A stretch of 64,000 bases of DNA from Bacteroidota bacterium (GCA_038746285.1 JBCDKT010000013.1:13126-77125), one strand, 5' to 3'. Numbered from the stretch's first letter, positions 17,818-27,650 are shown. The notes: generated by a model not told the origin, from the letters alone. A program made the numbers and translations.

Positions 17818-18759
17818 ATGCATTCAACCCCAGACGTTCTCATCGCTGGCGCGGGTCCGGCTGGACTCGAAGCTGCCCTCGTCCTGGCCCGCGCCGGGCG
17901 CTCGGTCGTCGTCCTGGACGGCGGGCCGGGCCGGAATGCGCCCGCCGCGCACAGCTACAACGTGTTCACCCGCGACAGTGCCCCACCCGACACGCTGCGT
18001 CGGATCGGGCGGGAGCAGGCCGAAGGCTACGGCGCTCGGTTCGTCCAGGCTGAGGCTGTGCATGCCGAAGCCGGCGAAGAAAGCGTTCGCGTCCGGCTGG
18101 CGGACGGGGCCGAGCTCGAGGCCCGGCGTCTCCTCCTCGCGACGGGCGTCGAGGATCTCCTGCCCGAGATCCCCGGCGTGGCCGAGGCGTGGGGCGAGAC
18201 CGTCGCCCACTGCCCGTACTGCCACGGCTACGAGTTGCGCGGGCGGCTGACGGCCGTGCTCGGCTCCGGCGAAAAGGGTGCCCACCTCGCAGGCCTCCTC
18301 CTCGGCTGGACCGACCGCGTGACGCTCTGCTGCGGACCCGGCGGCGTATCTGACGACGAGCGCCAACACCTCGCCGAGATCGGCATCCGCGTGGACGAGC
18401 GGCCCGTCGCCGCGCTCGGTGTGGAAGGACGGAGCGTGCAGGCAGTTGTGTTCGAAGACGGCGGCCGGCTGGAGGCCACCGCCGTCTACGTCCAGCCGGA
18501 CCAGCGCCCGCGCGGTCCGCTCCCCGACGCGCTCGGACTGGAGCGTACCGAGCTAGGCCACGTCCAGGTCGACGAATTCATGCGCACGAGCGCGACCGGC
18601 GTGTGGGCCTGCGGCGACATGACGACCCCGATGCAAGCGGTCCAGATGGCCGCCTCGGCAGGGTTCGGGGCGGCAGCCTTCCTCAACCAGAACCTCATAG
18701 CGGACGGTGCCCGCCACGCCGAGCACGCCACGTTTCCTCCGCCCGCCTCCCTTCCCTGA
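17818..18759 (+). CDS. Thioredoxin-reductase-like NAD(P)/FAD oxidoreductase
   Basis: Start ATG 17818 (MHSTPDVLIAGAGPAG), LLLATG, HCPYCHGYE redox motif, TSATGVWACGD. Confidence 0.9.
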   Translation: MHSTPDVLIAGAGPAGLEAALVLARAGRSVVVLDGGPGRNAPAAHSYNVFTRDSAPPDTLRRIGREQAEGYGARFVQAEAVHAEAGEESVRVRLADGAELEARRLLLATGVEDLLPEIPGVAEAWGETVAHCPYCHGYELRGRLTAVLGSGEKGAHLAGLLLGWTDRVTLCCGPGGVSDDERQHLAEIGIRVDERPVAALGVEGRSVQAVVFEDGGRLEATAVYVQPDQRPRGPLPDALGLERTELGHVQVDEFMRTSATGVWACGDMTTPMQAVQMAASAGFGAAAFLNQNLIADGARHAEHATFPPPASLP

Positions 18760-18770
18760 CCCTCTAGCCC

Positions 18771-19145
18771 ATGCTCTCGACCTCCGTGCGCCCTCGTCTC
18801 GATCTGGCTGGCATTGTGCTCTCGGTGCTGTGCCTCATCCACTGCCTCCTCCTCCCCCTCGTTGCCACGGGCGCGCTCGCGTGGGCGGCCTCCGAGCGCG
18901 TCCACGTCGGACTGACCGTCGTGCTGGCGGTCGTCGTGCTGGCGGTTGCGCTGCCGGGCTACCGGCGGCACCGCCAGCCCATCGTACTGCTGCTGCTCGC
19001 CGGCGGTCTCGCGCTGCTCGTCGGGGCTGTCACATTGGGGGAGGGGCTCGGCGAAGCGGGCGAGACCGCGCTCACCGTACTCGGCTCGGTCGCCCTCGTG
19101 GCCGGACACGTCCTCAACCTCCGCCTCCCTCACGCCCATGCCTGA
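18771..19145 (+). CDS. MerC-domain membrane protein
   Basis: LDLAGIVLSVLCLIHCLLLP, H..H motifs, 4 TM segments. Confidence 0.85.
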   Translation: MLSTSVRPRLDLAGIVLSVLCLIHCLLLPLVATGALAWAASERVHVGLTVVLAVVVLAVALPGYRRHRQPIVLLLLAGGLALLVGAVTLGEGLGEAGETALTVLGSVALVAGHVLNLRLPHAHA

Positions 19146-20118
19146 TCTCGCCACGCATCCCGTGCCCGTCACCGTCGTGACCGGCTTCCTCGGGGCCGGC
19201 AAGACGACGCTCGTCAACGCGGTCACGGCGAGCGCCGCCGCGCGCGGCCGCCGCCTCGGCCTGATCGTCAACGACTTCGGGCAGGTCAACCTCGACGCCT
19301 CGGAGCTCGACACAGACGGTTCGACGGTCCTCGCGCTCGAAGGCGGGTGCGTGTGCTGCTCGCTCTCGGCGGGCCTGGTGAGCGCGGTCGTGGCGCTGAC
19401 CGCGCGCGAGGTGCGCCCCGAGCACATCCTCGTCGAGGCCTCGGGCGTCTCCGACCCACTCGGGATCGTCCTCCCCCTCGTAGCGGGCGGGATGCAGCCG
19501 CTCGTCCGGCTCGCGGCCGTCGTGGTCGTGGTCGACGTCGGGCAGGTCGGCGCGTGGCCGTCGCCCGAGGCCGAAGCGCTCGCCGAGGCGCAGGTCGGCG
19601 GTGCCAGCGTGGTCGTGCTGAGCAAGGTCGGCACCCACGGACAGCCGGCCCGCTGGGCGGCCGAGGACTGGATCCGGGGACTCGCCCCGAAGGCCCGGCT
19701 CCTCGACGCCGACGACCTGGACCCGTCGCTGCTCCTCGACCTGGACGACGACATTCTCGCGGGCCTCCTCGACCCCGCGGCCCGCGACCGTCCCGAGGCC
19801 CGGCATCTCGACGCCTTCGACACCTGGACGTTCGAGGCCGACACGCCTTTCGCGTCGCTCGCCTCGCTCCGGCGCACGCTGGCCGACCTGCCCGCGGAGG
19901 TCGTCCGCGCCAAAGGCCTCGTGGCCGTCGCCGACAGTGCCCGCCCCCTCCGGGTCCACCTCGTCGGGCGGATGCTTGCCAACCGCTTCGCCGACGCCTG
20001 GCCCGACGGCTGGACGCCCGGTACGGGCCGGATCGCTGTCCTCGGTGCCGCCGGCACGCTCGATCCCGACGCTCTCCACGATGCCTTCCATGCCCTCCTC
20101 CCCAACGCTCATGTCTGA
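19138..20118 (+). CDS. COG0523/CobW family metallochaperone GTPase
   Basis: Start ATG 19138 (MPDLATHPVPVTVVTGFLGAGKTT), VNDFG, GCVCC, VEASG, LSKV, VRAKG. Confidence 0.93.
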   Translation: MPDLATHPVPVTVVTGFLGAGKTTLVNAVTASAAARGRRLGLIVNDFGQVNLDASELDTDGSTVLALEGGCVCCSLSAGLVSAVVALTAREVRPEHILVEASGVSDPLGIVLPLVAGGMQPLVRLAAVVVVVDVGQVGAWPSPEAEALAEAQVGGASVVVLSKVGTHGQPARWAAEDWIRGLAPKARLLDADDLDPSLLLDLDDDILAGLLDPAARDRPEARHLDAFDTWTFEADTPFASLASLRRTLADLPAEVVRAKGLVAVADSARPLRVHLVGRMLANRFADAWPDGWTPGTGRIAVLGAAGTLDPDALHDAFHALLPNAHV

Positions 20119-20926
20119 CGTTTTCCCCTCGGCGGACCGCCCCCGGCTTCCTCGGCGCGGCGCGCTCCGGCTCATGCTCGGCGGCGCGGTCGGGGCCGCG
20201 GCGGCGTTGGTCGCGGGCTGCACCGGCGCGCGCTCCGTCGCCGGGGGCGGCCGGCGCTCGGCCCCCGGCGGCCCCGGCACGACGTTCGACCTGGCGACGG
20301 CTGCGCCGCAGGCCTCGGCTGTCTACCCGTACGCGCTCCCACCCCTGCCCTACGCCGCCGACGCCCTCGACGCGGCCATCGACCCAGAGACGATGCGGGT
20401 GCACCACGGCCGTCACCACCAGGGCTACACCAACAACCTGAACGCTGCGCTGGAGCCCTACCCCGCGCTCCGGCGGCGGCCGCTCGTGGACCTGCTCCGC
20501 GACGTGAGCGCGCTGCCCGAGGCGGTGCAGGCTCCGGTCTTGAACAACGGCGGCGGCTACCTCAACCACGCCCTCTTCTGGCCGATGATGCGGCCCGGCG
20601 GCGGCATGCCGACAGGTCCCCTGCGCGACGCCATCGGCCGGGAGTTCGGGTCGCTCCAGGCCTTCAAGGCCCAGTTCACCGAGGCCGCGCTCGGCGTGTT
20701 CGGAAGCGGGTGGGCCTGGCTCGTGCGCGACGGCGCGGGGCGGCTGCGCGTGCTCCAGACGACCGAGCAGGTCCCGCCGCACGCCCTCGGCTTCGTGCCC
20801 GTGCTGGGCGTCGACGTGTGGGAGCACGCCTACTACCTGCGCTACCAGAACCGCCGCGCCGACTACGTGGAGCGTTGGTGGTCCGTCGTCGACTGGGAGC
20901 AGGCGGCCCGCAACTTCTCCGCATGA
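20111..20926 (+). CDS. sodA: Mn/Fe superoxide dismutase with Tat signal and lipobox
   Basis: Start ATG 20111; PRRGAL..LVAGC; HHGRHHQGY, NNGGGYLNHALFW, FGSGWAWL, DVWEHAYY. Confidence 0.9.
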   Translation: MSDVFPSADRPRLPRRGALRLMLGGAVGAAAALVAGCTGARSVAGGGRRSAPGGPGTTFDLATAAPQASAVYPYALPPLPYAADALDAAIDPETMRVHHGRHHQGYTNNLNAALEPYPALRRRPLVDLLRDVSALPEAVQAPVLNNGGGYLNHALFWPMMRPGGGMPTGPLRDAIGREFGSLQAFKAQFTEAALGVFGSGWAWLVRDGAGRLRVLQTTEQVPPHALGFVPVLGVDVWEHAYYLRYQNRRADYVERWWSVVDWEQAARNFSA

Positions 20927-20969
20927 GCCAGCGGCCTGCGCCCGACCTCACCCTTGCCTGATTACGCCC

Positions 20970-21698
20970 ATGTCCGATCCCATCCTCGAAGCCCGCGGCC
21001 TGACCAAGCGCTTCGGCGCGGCGACGGCGGTCGCCGCGCTCGACCTCGCGGTAAACGCAGGAGAGGTCTACGCCCTCCTCGGCCCGAACGGGGCCGGGAA
21101 GACGACGACGATCAACCTGTTCCTCGGTTTCCTCGCCCCCGACGCCGGGGCCGCGCTCGTGGACGGCCTCGACGTGCAAGCCGAGCCGCTGGAGACGAAG
21201 CGGCGGCTGGCCTACCTCCCCGAGCAGGTCGCGCTCTATCCCTCGCTCTCGGGGGCCGAGAACCTCGGCTACTTCGCCGCGCTCGCTGGGCATGAACTGA
21301 GCGACGCCCAACGGGCGGGCTTCCTCGACCAGGCGGGCTTGCAGCGCGAGGCGCACGCCCGCCGCGCTGGGACCTACTCGAAGGGAATGCGCCAGAAAGT
21401 CGGCGTCGCGCTCGCGCTGGCGAAGGGCGCGAAGGCGCTCCTGCTCGACGAGCCGACGAGCGGGCTCGACCCCTCGGCCTCGGCCGAGTTCTCGGGCCTC
21501 GTCCGGCGGCTGGCCGAGGACGGAGCCGCCGTGCTGATGGCGACGCACGACCTCTTCCGCGTGAAGGACACCGCGCGCCGCGTCGGGGTGCTCGTCGACG
21601 GTCGGCTCCGCGAGGAGGTTGCGGGCGAAGCCCTACGAACGGCCGACCTCGAAGCGCTTTACCTCGGACACGTCCGCGAGGCCCTGGCCCCCGCCTGA
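20970..21698 (+). CDS. ABC-2 type ATP-binding protein
   Basis: GPNGAGKTT, YSKGMRQK, LLLDEPTSGLD. Confidence 0.95.
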   Translation: MSDPILEARGLTKRFGAATAVAALDLAVNAGEVYALLGPNGAGKTTTINLFLGFLAPDAGAALVDGLDVQAEPLETKRRLAYLPEQVALYPSLSGAENLGYFAALAGHELSDAQRAGFLDQAGLQREAHARRAGTYSKGMRQKVGVALALAKGAKALLLDEPTSGLDPSASAEFSGLVRRLAEDGAAVLMATHDLFRVKDTARRVGVLVDGRLREEVAGEALRTADLEALYLGHVREALAPA

Positions 21699-21709
21699 GC
21701 TCCGATCCC

Positions 21710-23113
21710 ATGACGCTCCCGATTGCACGCAAAGAGGCCACCGAGATGCTCCGCGACGGCCGGTTCCGCTGGGCCGTCGGCATTGTCCTGGCTCTCCTCG
21801 TGGGCGCGCTCGTCGCCGGGTGGACGCACTACGCCGCGGCCGAGGCCGAGCGCGCGGCGGCGCAGGCAGCCGACCGCGAGGTGTGGCTCGGGCAGGGCGA
21901 GAAGAACCAGCACTCGGCGGCTCACTTCGGTGCCTACGCCTTCAAGCCGACGACCCCGCTCACGGCCGCCGACCCCGGCGTGCTGCCGTACACGGGCACG
22001 TCGGTGTTCATGGAGGGGCACCGCGTGGCCGACGCCGACTTCCGCCCGGCCGAGGACGCGACGACCGTCCAGCGGCTCGGGAGCCTGACCGCCGCCTCGA
22101 CGCTCCAACTCCTCGTCCCGCTCCTCATCATACTGCTCGCCTTCTCCGCGTTCGCGGGCGAGCGTGACGCCGGGACGCTCCGCCAGCTTCTCAGCCTCGG
22201 CGTCCCGCGGCGGACGCTCGCGCTCGGCAAGGCGCTCGGCGTGGCGTCGCCGCTGCTCTTGCTGGTCGTGCCCGCGGCCGTCGCCGGCGTCGCGGCGCTG
22301 GCGCTCCTGGAGGGGCCGGGCGCGCCGCTCTCGAACCTGGGCCGCGCGGCCATGCTCGTGGGGGTCTACGTCGCCTACTTCGTGCTCGTCCTGGCGCTGG
22401 CGCTGCTCGTGAGCGCGCGGGCATCCTCGTCGCGGACGGCGCTCGTGGCGCTGCTCGGGTTCTGGCTCGTGACGAGCTTCATCGTCCCGCGCGTAGCCGT
22501 GAGCGCCGCCGACGGCCTCTACCCGACGCCGACGCTCACGGCGTTCCAGGACTCGGCGCGCGTCGACCGCGCGACGCTCCCCTCGTGGCCCGACCGCGTC
22601 GCGGCCATCGAGGCGCGGCTGATGGAGCGGCACGGCGTCGATACGCCGGACGCGATCCCCGCGAGCGTCTCGGGAACGGCGCTCTTCGAGGCTGAGCGCG
22701 ACGAGACCGACCTCCTCCGCGCCCGGCTGGCGGCGCTCGGCGAGCGCTACGAGACGCAGACACGGACCGCGCAGGCCGCCTCGGTCTTCGCGCCGCTCCT
22801 CGCGGTCCAGCTCGTCTCGATGGGGCTGGCCGGGAGCGACCACGCCCACCACCGCCACTTCGCCGACGCCGCCGAGGCCTACCGCTACGACTACGTCCAG
22901 GCCTTGAACCAAGACATGATCGACGAGGACGCCGGCTGGAGCTTCACGGTCGGGCGCGAGATGTGGGAGGAAATCCCGCCCTTCGAGTACGCGACGCCCT
23001 CCGCACGCTGGGCGGTTGGGCGGTACGGCCTGAGCCTGGGCGTGCTTGGCGTCTGGACACTCGCGCTGCTCGTCGCTCTTCCCATCGCGGCCGGTCGGCT
23101 GCGCGCCACCTGA
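21710..23113 (+). CDS. DUF3526-type ABC permease, subtype A (copy 1)
   Basis: GEKNQHSAAHFGAYAFKP, GERDAGTLRQLLS, C-terminal periplasmic DUF3526-like region. Confidence 0.85.
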   Translation: MTLPIARKEATEMLRDGRFRWAVGIVLALLVGALVAGWTHYAAAEAERAAAQAADREVWLGQGEKNQHSAAHFGAYAFKPTTPLTAADPGVLPYTGTSVFMEGHRVADADFRPAEDATTVQRLGSLTAASTLQLLVPLLIILLAFSAFAGERDAGTLRQLLSLGVPRRTLALGKALGVASPLLLLVVPAAVAGVAALALLEGPGAPLSNLGRAAMLVGVYVAYFVLVLALALLVSARASSSRTALVALLGFWLVTSFIVPRVAVSAADGLYPTPTLTAFQDSARVDRATLPSWPDRVAAIEARLMERHGVDTPDAIPASVSGTALFEAERDETDLLRARLAALGERYETQTRTAQAASVFAPLLAVQLVSMGLAGSDHAHHRHFADAAEAYRYDYVQALNQDMIDEDAGWSFTVGREMWEEIPPFEYATPSARWAVGRYGLSLGVLGVWTLALLVALPIAAGRLRAT

Positions 23114-23116
23114 GCC

Positions 23117-24553
23117 ATGCTGCCCACCGTTCTCCGTTTCGAGACCCAACGCCTCCTCGCGGGAGGCGCGGCGGGCCTTACGGCGCTGCTACTGCTCGGG
23201 CTCATCGCGTACGCCGGATACGTCGGCATCCAGCACACGTCGGAGCAGCGCGACCTGGTCGGGGCGTACGCCACCGACCACGCCGAGAGCCTGGAGCGCG
23301 TGCGTGCGCGGCTCGTCGCGGCCGAGTCCACGGCGGTCGCCAACGGAGAATCGCTCGGCGGGCCGGTCGCCTTCGGGATGCGGCACCCGTACGTGATCGG
23401 CTCGGCGCAGGGCCGCGTGCTGACGTTGGAGCCGGGGCCGCTGGCGGCGTTCGCCGTCGGGCAGAGCGACCTCCAGCCCGCCGCCCTCCGCGTAACGATC
23501 GGCGGGCGCGAGGCGATGGGCGGCGCGGCGGCCCTCGACCACCCGCTGAAACTGCTCGCCGGGCACCTGGACCTCGCGTTCGTGTTTGTGTTTTTCTTCC
23601 CGCTCCTCGTCCTCGCGCTCGCGTTCGGGCTGACCTCGACCGAGCGAGAGTCGGGCCTCTTGCGGATGGTGCTCTCGCACCCGGTCCGCCTGACGACGCT
23701 GGCGGCGGGGAAGCTCACCGTCCGCGCGGCGCTGCTGTTCGGGTGCGCTGCCCTCGGGACCGGGGCCGTCTGGCTTGCGAGCGGGACCGAGGGCGGGGCC
23801 GGGCGCTGGGCGCTCTGGCTCCTCGTGGTCGTGCTCTACGGCGGGTTCTGGCTAGCGCTCGCCGCGTTCGTCGACAGCCGGGTTCGCCGGCCCGTCACCG
23901 GCGGCCTCGCCCTCGCGGCGTGCTGGCTCGCGCTCGTTGTCGTCGTCCCGGCCGTCCTCAATGTCGTCGCAACCACGCTCTACCCGGTTCCGTCGCGGAT
24001 GGACTACGTGGCGGCGCGGCGGACGGCGGCGGGCCTGGCCGAGCGCGAGGGGGCGGCCTCGCTCGCGCGCTACTTCAACGACCACCCGGAGCTGGCGGCG
24101 GTCGAGGAGGACGAGGCCGACTACGCTATGCTCCGCGTCGCGCAGGACGAGCGGATCGTCGAAGCGCTGGCTCCGGTCGAGGCGCGGTTCGCCGAGCAGA
24201 AGGCCGGGCAGCAGCGGTTCGTCCGGGCGCTCGGCACCCTCTCGCCGGCCGTCCTCGCGCAGCAGGCCTTCCTCGACGTCGCCGGGACCGGGCACGCCCG
24301 CTACGCCGCCTTCGAGGCCCAGACGGAGGCGTTCCACAGGGCGTGGGCGGACCGCTTCGCACCTCAGTACTTTGAGCGCCGCCCGCTACGCCCGGCCGAC
24401 CTTGACGCGCTCCCGACGCTCGACGCGCCCGAGGAATCGACCGCCGACCTCCTTGGCCGCCTCGCAGGTCCGCTGGCTGTGCTGGCCCTCGCGAGCCTTC
24501 TACTCGCCTTCGCCGCCGGACGGAGCTACGCCCACCCTGACTCCGCGCTCTGA
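23117..24553 (+). CDS. DUF3526-type ABC permease, subtype B (copy 1)
   Basis: PGPLAAFAVGQSDL, ERESGLLRMVLS, LSPAVLAQ..AGTGHARY. Confidence 0.85.
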   Translation: MLPTVLRFETQRLLAGGAAGLTALLLLGLIAYAGYVGIQHTSEQRDLVGAYATDHAESLERVRARLVAAESTAVANGESLGGPVAFGMRHPYVIGSAQGRVLTLEPGPLAAFAVGQSDLQPAALRVTIGGREAMGGAAALDHPLKLLAGHLDLAFVFVFFFPLLVLALAFGLTSTERESGLLRMVLSHPVRLTTLAAGKLTVRAALLFGCAALGTGAVWLASGTEGGAGRWALWLLVVVLYGGFWLALAAFVDSRVRRPVTGGLALAACWLALVVVVPAVLNVVATTLYPVPSRMDYVAARRTAAGLAEREGAASLARYFNDHPELAAVEEDEADYAMLRVAQDERIVEALAPVEARFAEQKAGQQRFVRALGTLSPAVLAQQAFLDVAGTGHARYAAFEAQTEAFHRAWADRFAPQYFERRPLRPADLDALPTLDAPEESTADLLGRLAGPLAVLALASLLLAFAAGRSYAHPDSAL

Positions 24554-24577
24554 CTTCACCCCAACCCTCAGGCCGCC

Positions 24578-24772
24578 ATGCGCTTGCTTCTCCTCGCCAC
24601 GCTCGTTGCGACCGCGACCGCTCTCGCCCAGACGGGCACGCCCGAAGGCACCGTCCGCGCCCCACTCAGCGCGACCAACCTCACCGGCGAGTTCTTCTAC
24701 GAGTCGGGCGGGAGCAGCTTCCTGGCGCTCCACCCGCCGCCGTGCGCCTTCCGTTGCGGCGTGACGCTCTGA
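24578..24772 (+). pseudogene. Internally deleted TonB-dependent receptor remnant (signal + first beta strand fused to last beta strands)
   Basis: 64 aa: MRLLLLATLVATATALA-QTGTPEGTVR (compare ALAQSGAVTGSVT of the intact TBDR at 60927) joined to LSATNLTGEFFYES..PPPCAFRCGVTL (TBDR C-terminal NL....Y...PR.F..G pattern). Confidence 0.6.
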
Positions 24773-24792
24773 CGTCTCAACCTTCTGGACCC

Positions 24793-26214
24793 ATGATTCG
24801 ACGCATCGCTGGCAAAGAGCGCACCGAGATGACCCGCGACGGCCGGTACCGGCTGGCCGCGGGCCTGGTCGGGGGCCTGCTCCTCGTTGCCCTCGCGCTC
24901 GGCGTGCTGGAGTCCCGTAGCGTCCGCGCCGAGGCGGAGCGAGCCGAAGAAGCCTCGTGGACGCAGTGGGTCGAGCAGGGAAGCAAGAACCCGCACTCGG
25001 CCGCGCACTTCGCGCTCTACACCTACCGGCCAGCCTCGGCGCTCGCCTTCGCCGAGCCGGGCGTGACGCCCTACACCGGGCTGGCTGTCTGGCTGGAGGC
25101 CCACTACCAGAACGAGTTCGCCTTCCGCCCGGCCCGCGACGCGGCGGGCGTGGGCCGGCTCGGGCAGGTGACGGCGGCGACGGTACTCCAGGTGCTTCTC
25201 CCGCTCGTGATCGTGCTGCTGGCCTTCGGCGCGTTTGCGTCGGAGCGCGAGCGGGGGACGCTCCGGCAGGCGCTCGCCCAGGGCGTCCGCCCCCGCGACC
25301 TCGCGCTCGGCAAGGCGCTCGGCGTGGCGCAGGCGCTGGCCGTCGTGCTCGTCCCTGCCGTCGTAGTCGGCGCAGGGGCGCTCCTGCTCGCCTCGGGGAG
25401 CGCGGCACTCGGCGACGGGCTGGCGCGGTTTGCGCTCCTCGCGCTCGCCTACGGCCTCTACCTCGCCGCGTTCGTCGGCGTCGCCCTGGCCGCGAGTGCT
25501 CGGTCGCGGACGGGGCGCGGGGCGCTCGTCGGGCTGCTCGCTTTCTGGGCGCTCGCCGTCCTCGTCCTCCCCCGCGTAGCGACCGACGCCGCCCGGACCG
25601 CCTATCCGACGCCGTCCACGACCGCCTTTTGGACGGCCGTGGGTGACGATCTCGCCGACGGCATCGACGGGCACGATCCGTCCGACGAGCGCGCCGAGCG
25701 GCTGCTCCAGGAGACGATGGAAGACTACGGCGTCTCGGCTATCGAAGACCTGCCGGTCAACTTCTCCGGCATCGCGCTCCAGGCGAGCGAGGCATACGGC
25801 AACCAGGTCTACGAAAAGCACTACGGCGCGCTCTGGGCGCAGGTCGAGCGCCAGAACCGGGTGCAGGCCCTCGCCGGCCTCGTCACGCCGCTGATGGCGG
25901 TCCGCGCCACCTCGATGGGGCTGGCCGGGACCGATTTCGCTGCGCACCGCCACTTCGCCGAGGCCGCCGAGACCTACCGCCGGGACTTCGTCGAGGTGCT
26001 CAACGCCGACCTGGCGACGCTGACCGACCCGGTGTTCAACCGCAACACGCGCGGGCGCGACTTCTGGGCCTCGCTGGACCGGTTCGCCTATGTCCCGCCC
26101 TCAGCAGGCTGGGCTGCTCAGCGGCAGGCACTCCCGCTCGGCCTCCTCGCGCTGTGGGCGCTCGGCGGCCTAGTCGCGGCCGTCGCCGCAGCCCGTCGCC
26201 CTCGCTTCCTGTAG
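24793..26214 (+). CDS. DUF3526-type ABC permease, subtype A (copy 2)
   Basis: Start ATG 24793 (MIRRIAGKE); GSKNPHSAAHFALYTYRP, SERERGTLRQALA. Confidence 0.85.
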   Translation: MIRRIAGKERTEMTRDGRYRLAAGLVGGLLLVALALGVLESRSVRAEAERAEEASWTQWVEQGSKNPHSAAHFALYTYRPASALAFAEPGVTPYTGLAVWLEAHYQNEFAFRPARDAAGVGRLGQVTAATVLQVLLPLVIVLLAFGAFASERERGTLRQALAQGVRPRDLALGKALGVAQALAVVLVPAVVVGAGALLLASGSAALGDGLARFALLALAYGLYLAAFVGVALAASARSRTGRGALVGLLAFWALAVLVLPRVATDAARTAYPTPSTTAFWTAVGDDLADGIDGHDPSDERAERLLQETMEDYGVSAIEDLPVNFSGIALQASEAYGNQVYEKHYGALWAQVERQNRVQALAGLVTPLMAVRATSMGLAGTDFAAHRHFAEAAETYRRDFVEVLNADLATLTDPVFNRNTRGRDFWASLDRFAYVPPSAGWAAQRQALPLGLLALWALGGLVAAVAAARRPRFL

Positions 26215-26227
26215 ACCTCACTCCGCC

Positions 26228-27637
26228 ATGATCCGGACCGTTCTCGCTCACGAGTGGCGGCTCCTGCGCCGTGCTCCTGCGACGTGGATCGCCCTCGCGC
26301 TCCTCGCCGTCTCCATCGTCTTCGGTGCATCCAACGGCGGCCGGTGGGCCGACTTCCAGCACCAGACGCTAGCTGAGGCCGAGGCGTACGAAGCCGAGAC
26401 CTACGGCGACCTGGCCCGCCGCGCCGCTGCGCCGGACGGCGAGTGGCCGGACCCGTCGAGCGCGGCCAACATCGGGATGTTCTACGGCCGGTACGCGACG
26501 CTCCCGCCCGGCCCGCTGGCCCCGCTCGCCGTCGGGCAGAGCGACGTGGCCCCGTATGCGCTCTACGTCTCCGGCAAGACCCTCGCCTCGACACACACGA
26601 AATCGGCGGAGGAGCTAGGCAACCCGCAGGCGTACGTCACCGGCCGGTTCGACACGGCCTTCGCGCTCGTGGTCGTGCTCCCGCTCGTGCTCCTGGTGCT
26701 GCTGTTCGACATTGCCTCGGGCGAGCGCGAGCGGGAGACGCTCGGGTTGGTGCTGTCGCAGCCGGTCCGTCCGGGCACGCTCGTCTGGGCGAAAGCGGGG
26801 CTGCGGTGGGCCCTCGTCGCCGGCGTGGCGTGGGCGGCGTCGGCGCTCGGGCTGGCACTCTTCGGCGCTGACCTCGGAGCCGCGCCGGGCGGACTTGCCC
26901 TGGCCCTGCTCGCTGTCGCGGCCTACGCGGCGGTCTGGACGGCGCTCGCGGTGTGGGTAGCTACGCGGGGATGGCCTTCGGCGACGAACGCGCTCGTGCT
27001 CGCAGCGGTCTGGGTCGCGGTGGTCGTCGTGGTTCCCGGCCTGATCGGGGCGGCCTCGGGCGCGCTGGAGCCGGTGCCCTCGCGGACCCATCTCATCGAG
27101 GCGCACCGGGAGGCTGACACGCGGTTCGCCGCGCGCGGGGGCGAGCTGCTGACGGCCTACTACGACGCCAACCCCGGCGCGCAGCCCGCCGACCTCGATC
27201 CGATGCAGTACGACTTCCCGCTGTACTACACCGCCCGCCAGGGAGCCATGCAAGACACCCTCGCCCCACTCCTCCGCCGGTACGACGACGCGCTCGCCGC
27301 GCAGGAGCGGCTGGCGAACGGCCTCGCTCTTCTCTCCCCGGCCGCGCTCTTGCAGAACACCCTCGCTGCGGTCGCCGGAACCGACCACGCCCGTCACGCC
27401 GCCTACCTCCGGCAGGTCGAGGACTTCCACGCCGCCCACCGCGACTTCTTCGCACCCCGGGCCTACCAGCGCGTCGCGCTTACGGCCTCCGACTACGAGG
27501 CCATGCCCCGCTTCGCCTTTGTCGAACCGGGCGCGGTTGCCACACGCGCGCTCTGGCCGCTGGGTGGCATCGCAGTACTGGCACTGACTCTCGCTGCCTG
27601 TGCAGCCCCCGGCCTTCGCCGCATCACCACTCACTAA
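26228..27637 (+). CDS. DUF3526-type ABC permease, subtype B (copy 2)
   Basis: PGPLAPLAVGQSDV, GERERETLGLVLSQP, LSPAALLQ..AGTDHARH. Confidence 0.85.
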   Translation: MIRTVLAHEWRLLRRAPATWIALALLAVSIVFGASNGGRWADFQHQTLAEAEAYEAETYGDLARRAAAPDGEWPDPSSAANIGMFYGRYATLPPGPLAPLAVGQSDVAPYALYVSGKTLASTHTKSAEELGNPQAYVTGRFDTAFALVVVLPLVLLVLLFDIASGERERETLGLVLSQPVRPGTLVWAKAGLRWALVAGVAWAASALGLALFGADLGAAPGGLALALLAVAAYAAVWTALAVWVATRGWPSATNALVLAAVWVAVVVVVPGLIGAASGALEPVPSRTHLIEAHREADTRFAARGGELLTAYYDANPGAQPADLDPMQYDFPLYYTARQGAMQDTLAPLLRRYDDALAAQERLANGLALLSPAALLQNTLAAVAGTDHARHAAYLRQVEDFHAAHRDFFAPRAYQRVALTASDYEAMPRFAFVEPGAVATRALWPLGGIAVLALTLAACAAPGLRRITTH

Positions 27638-27650
27638 CCTCGCAACACCC

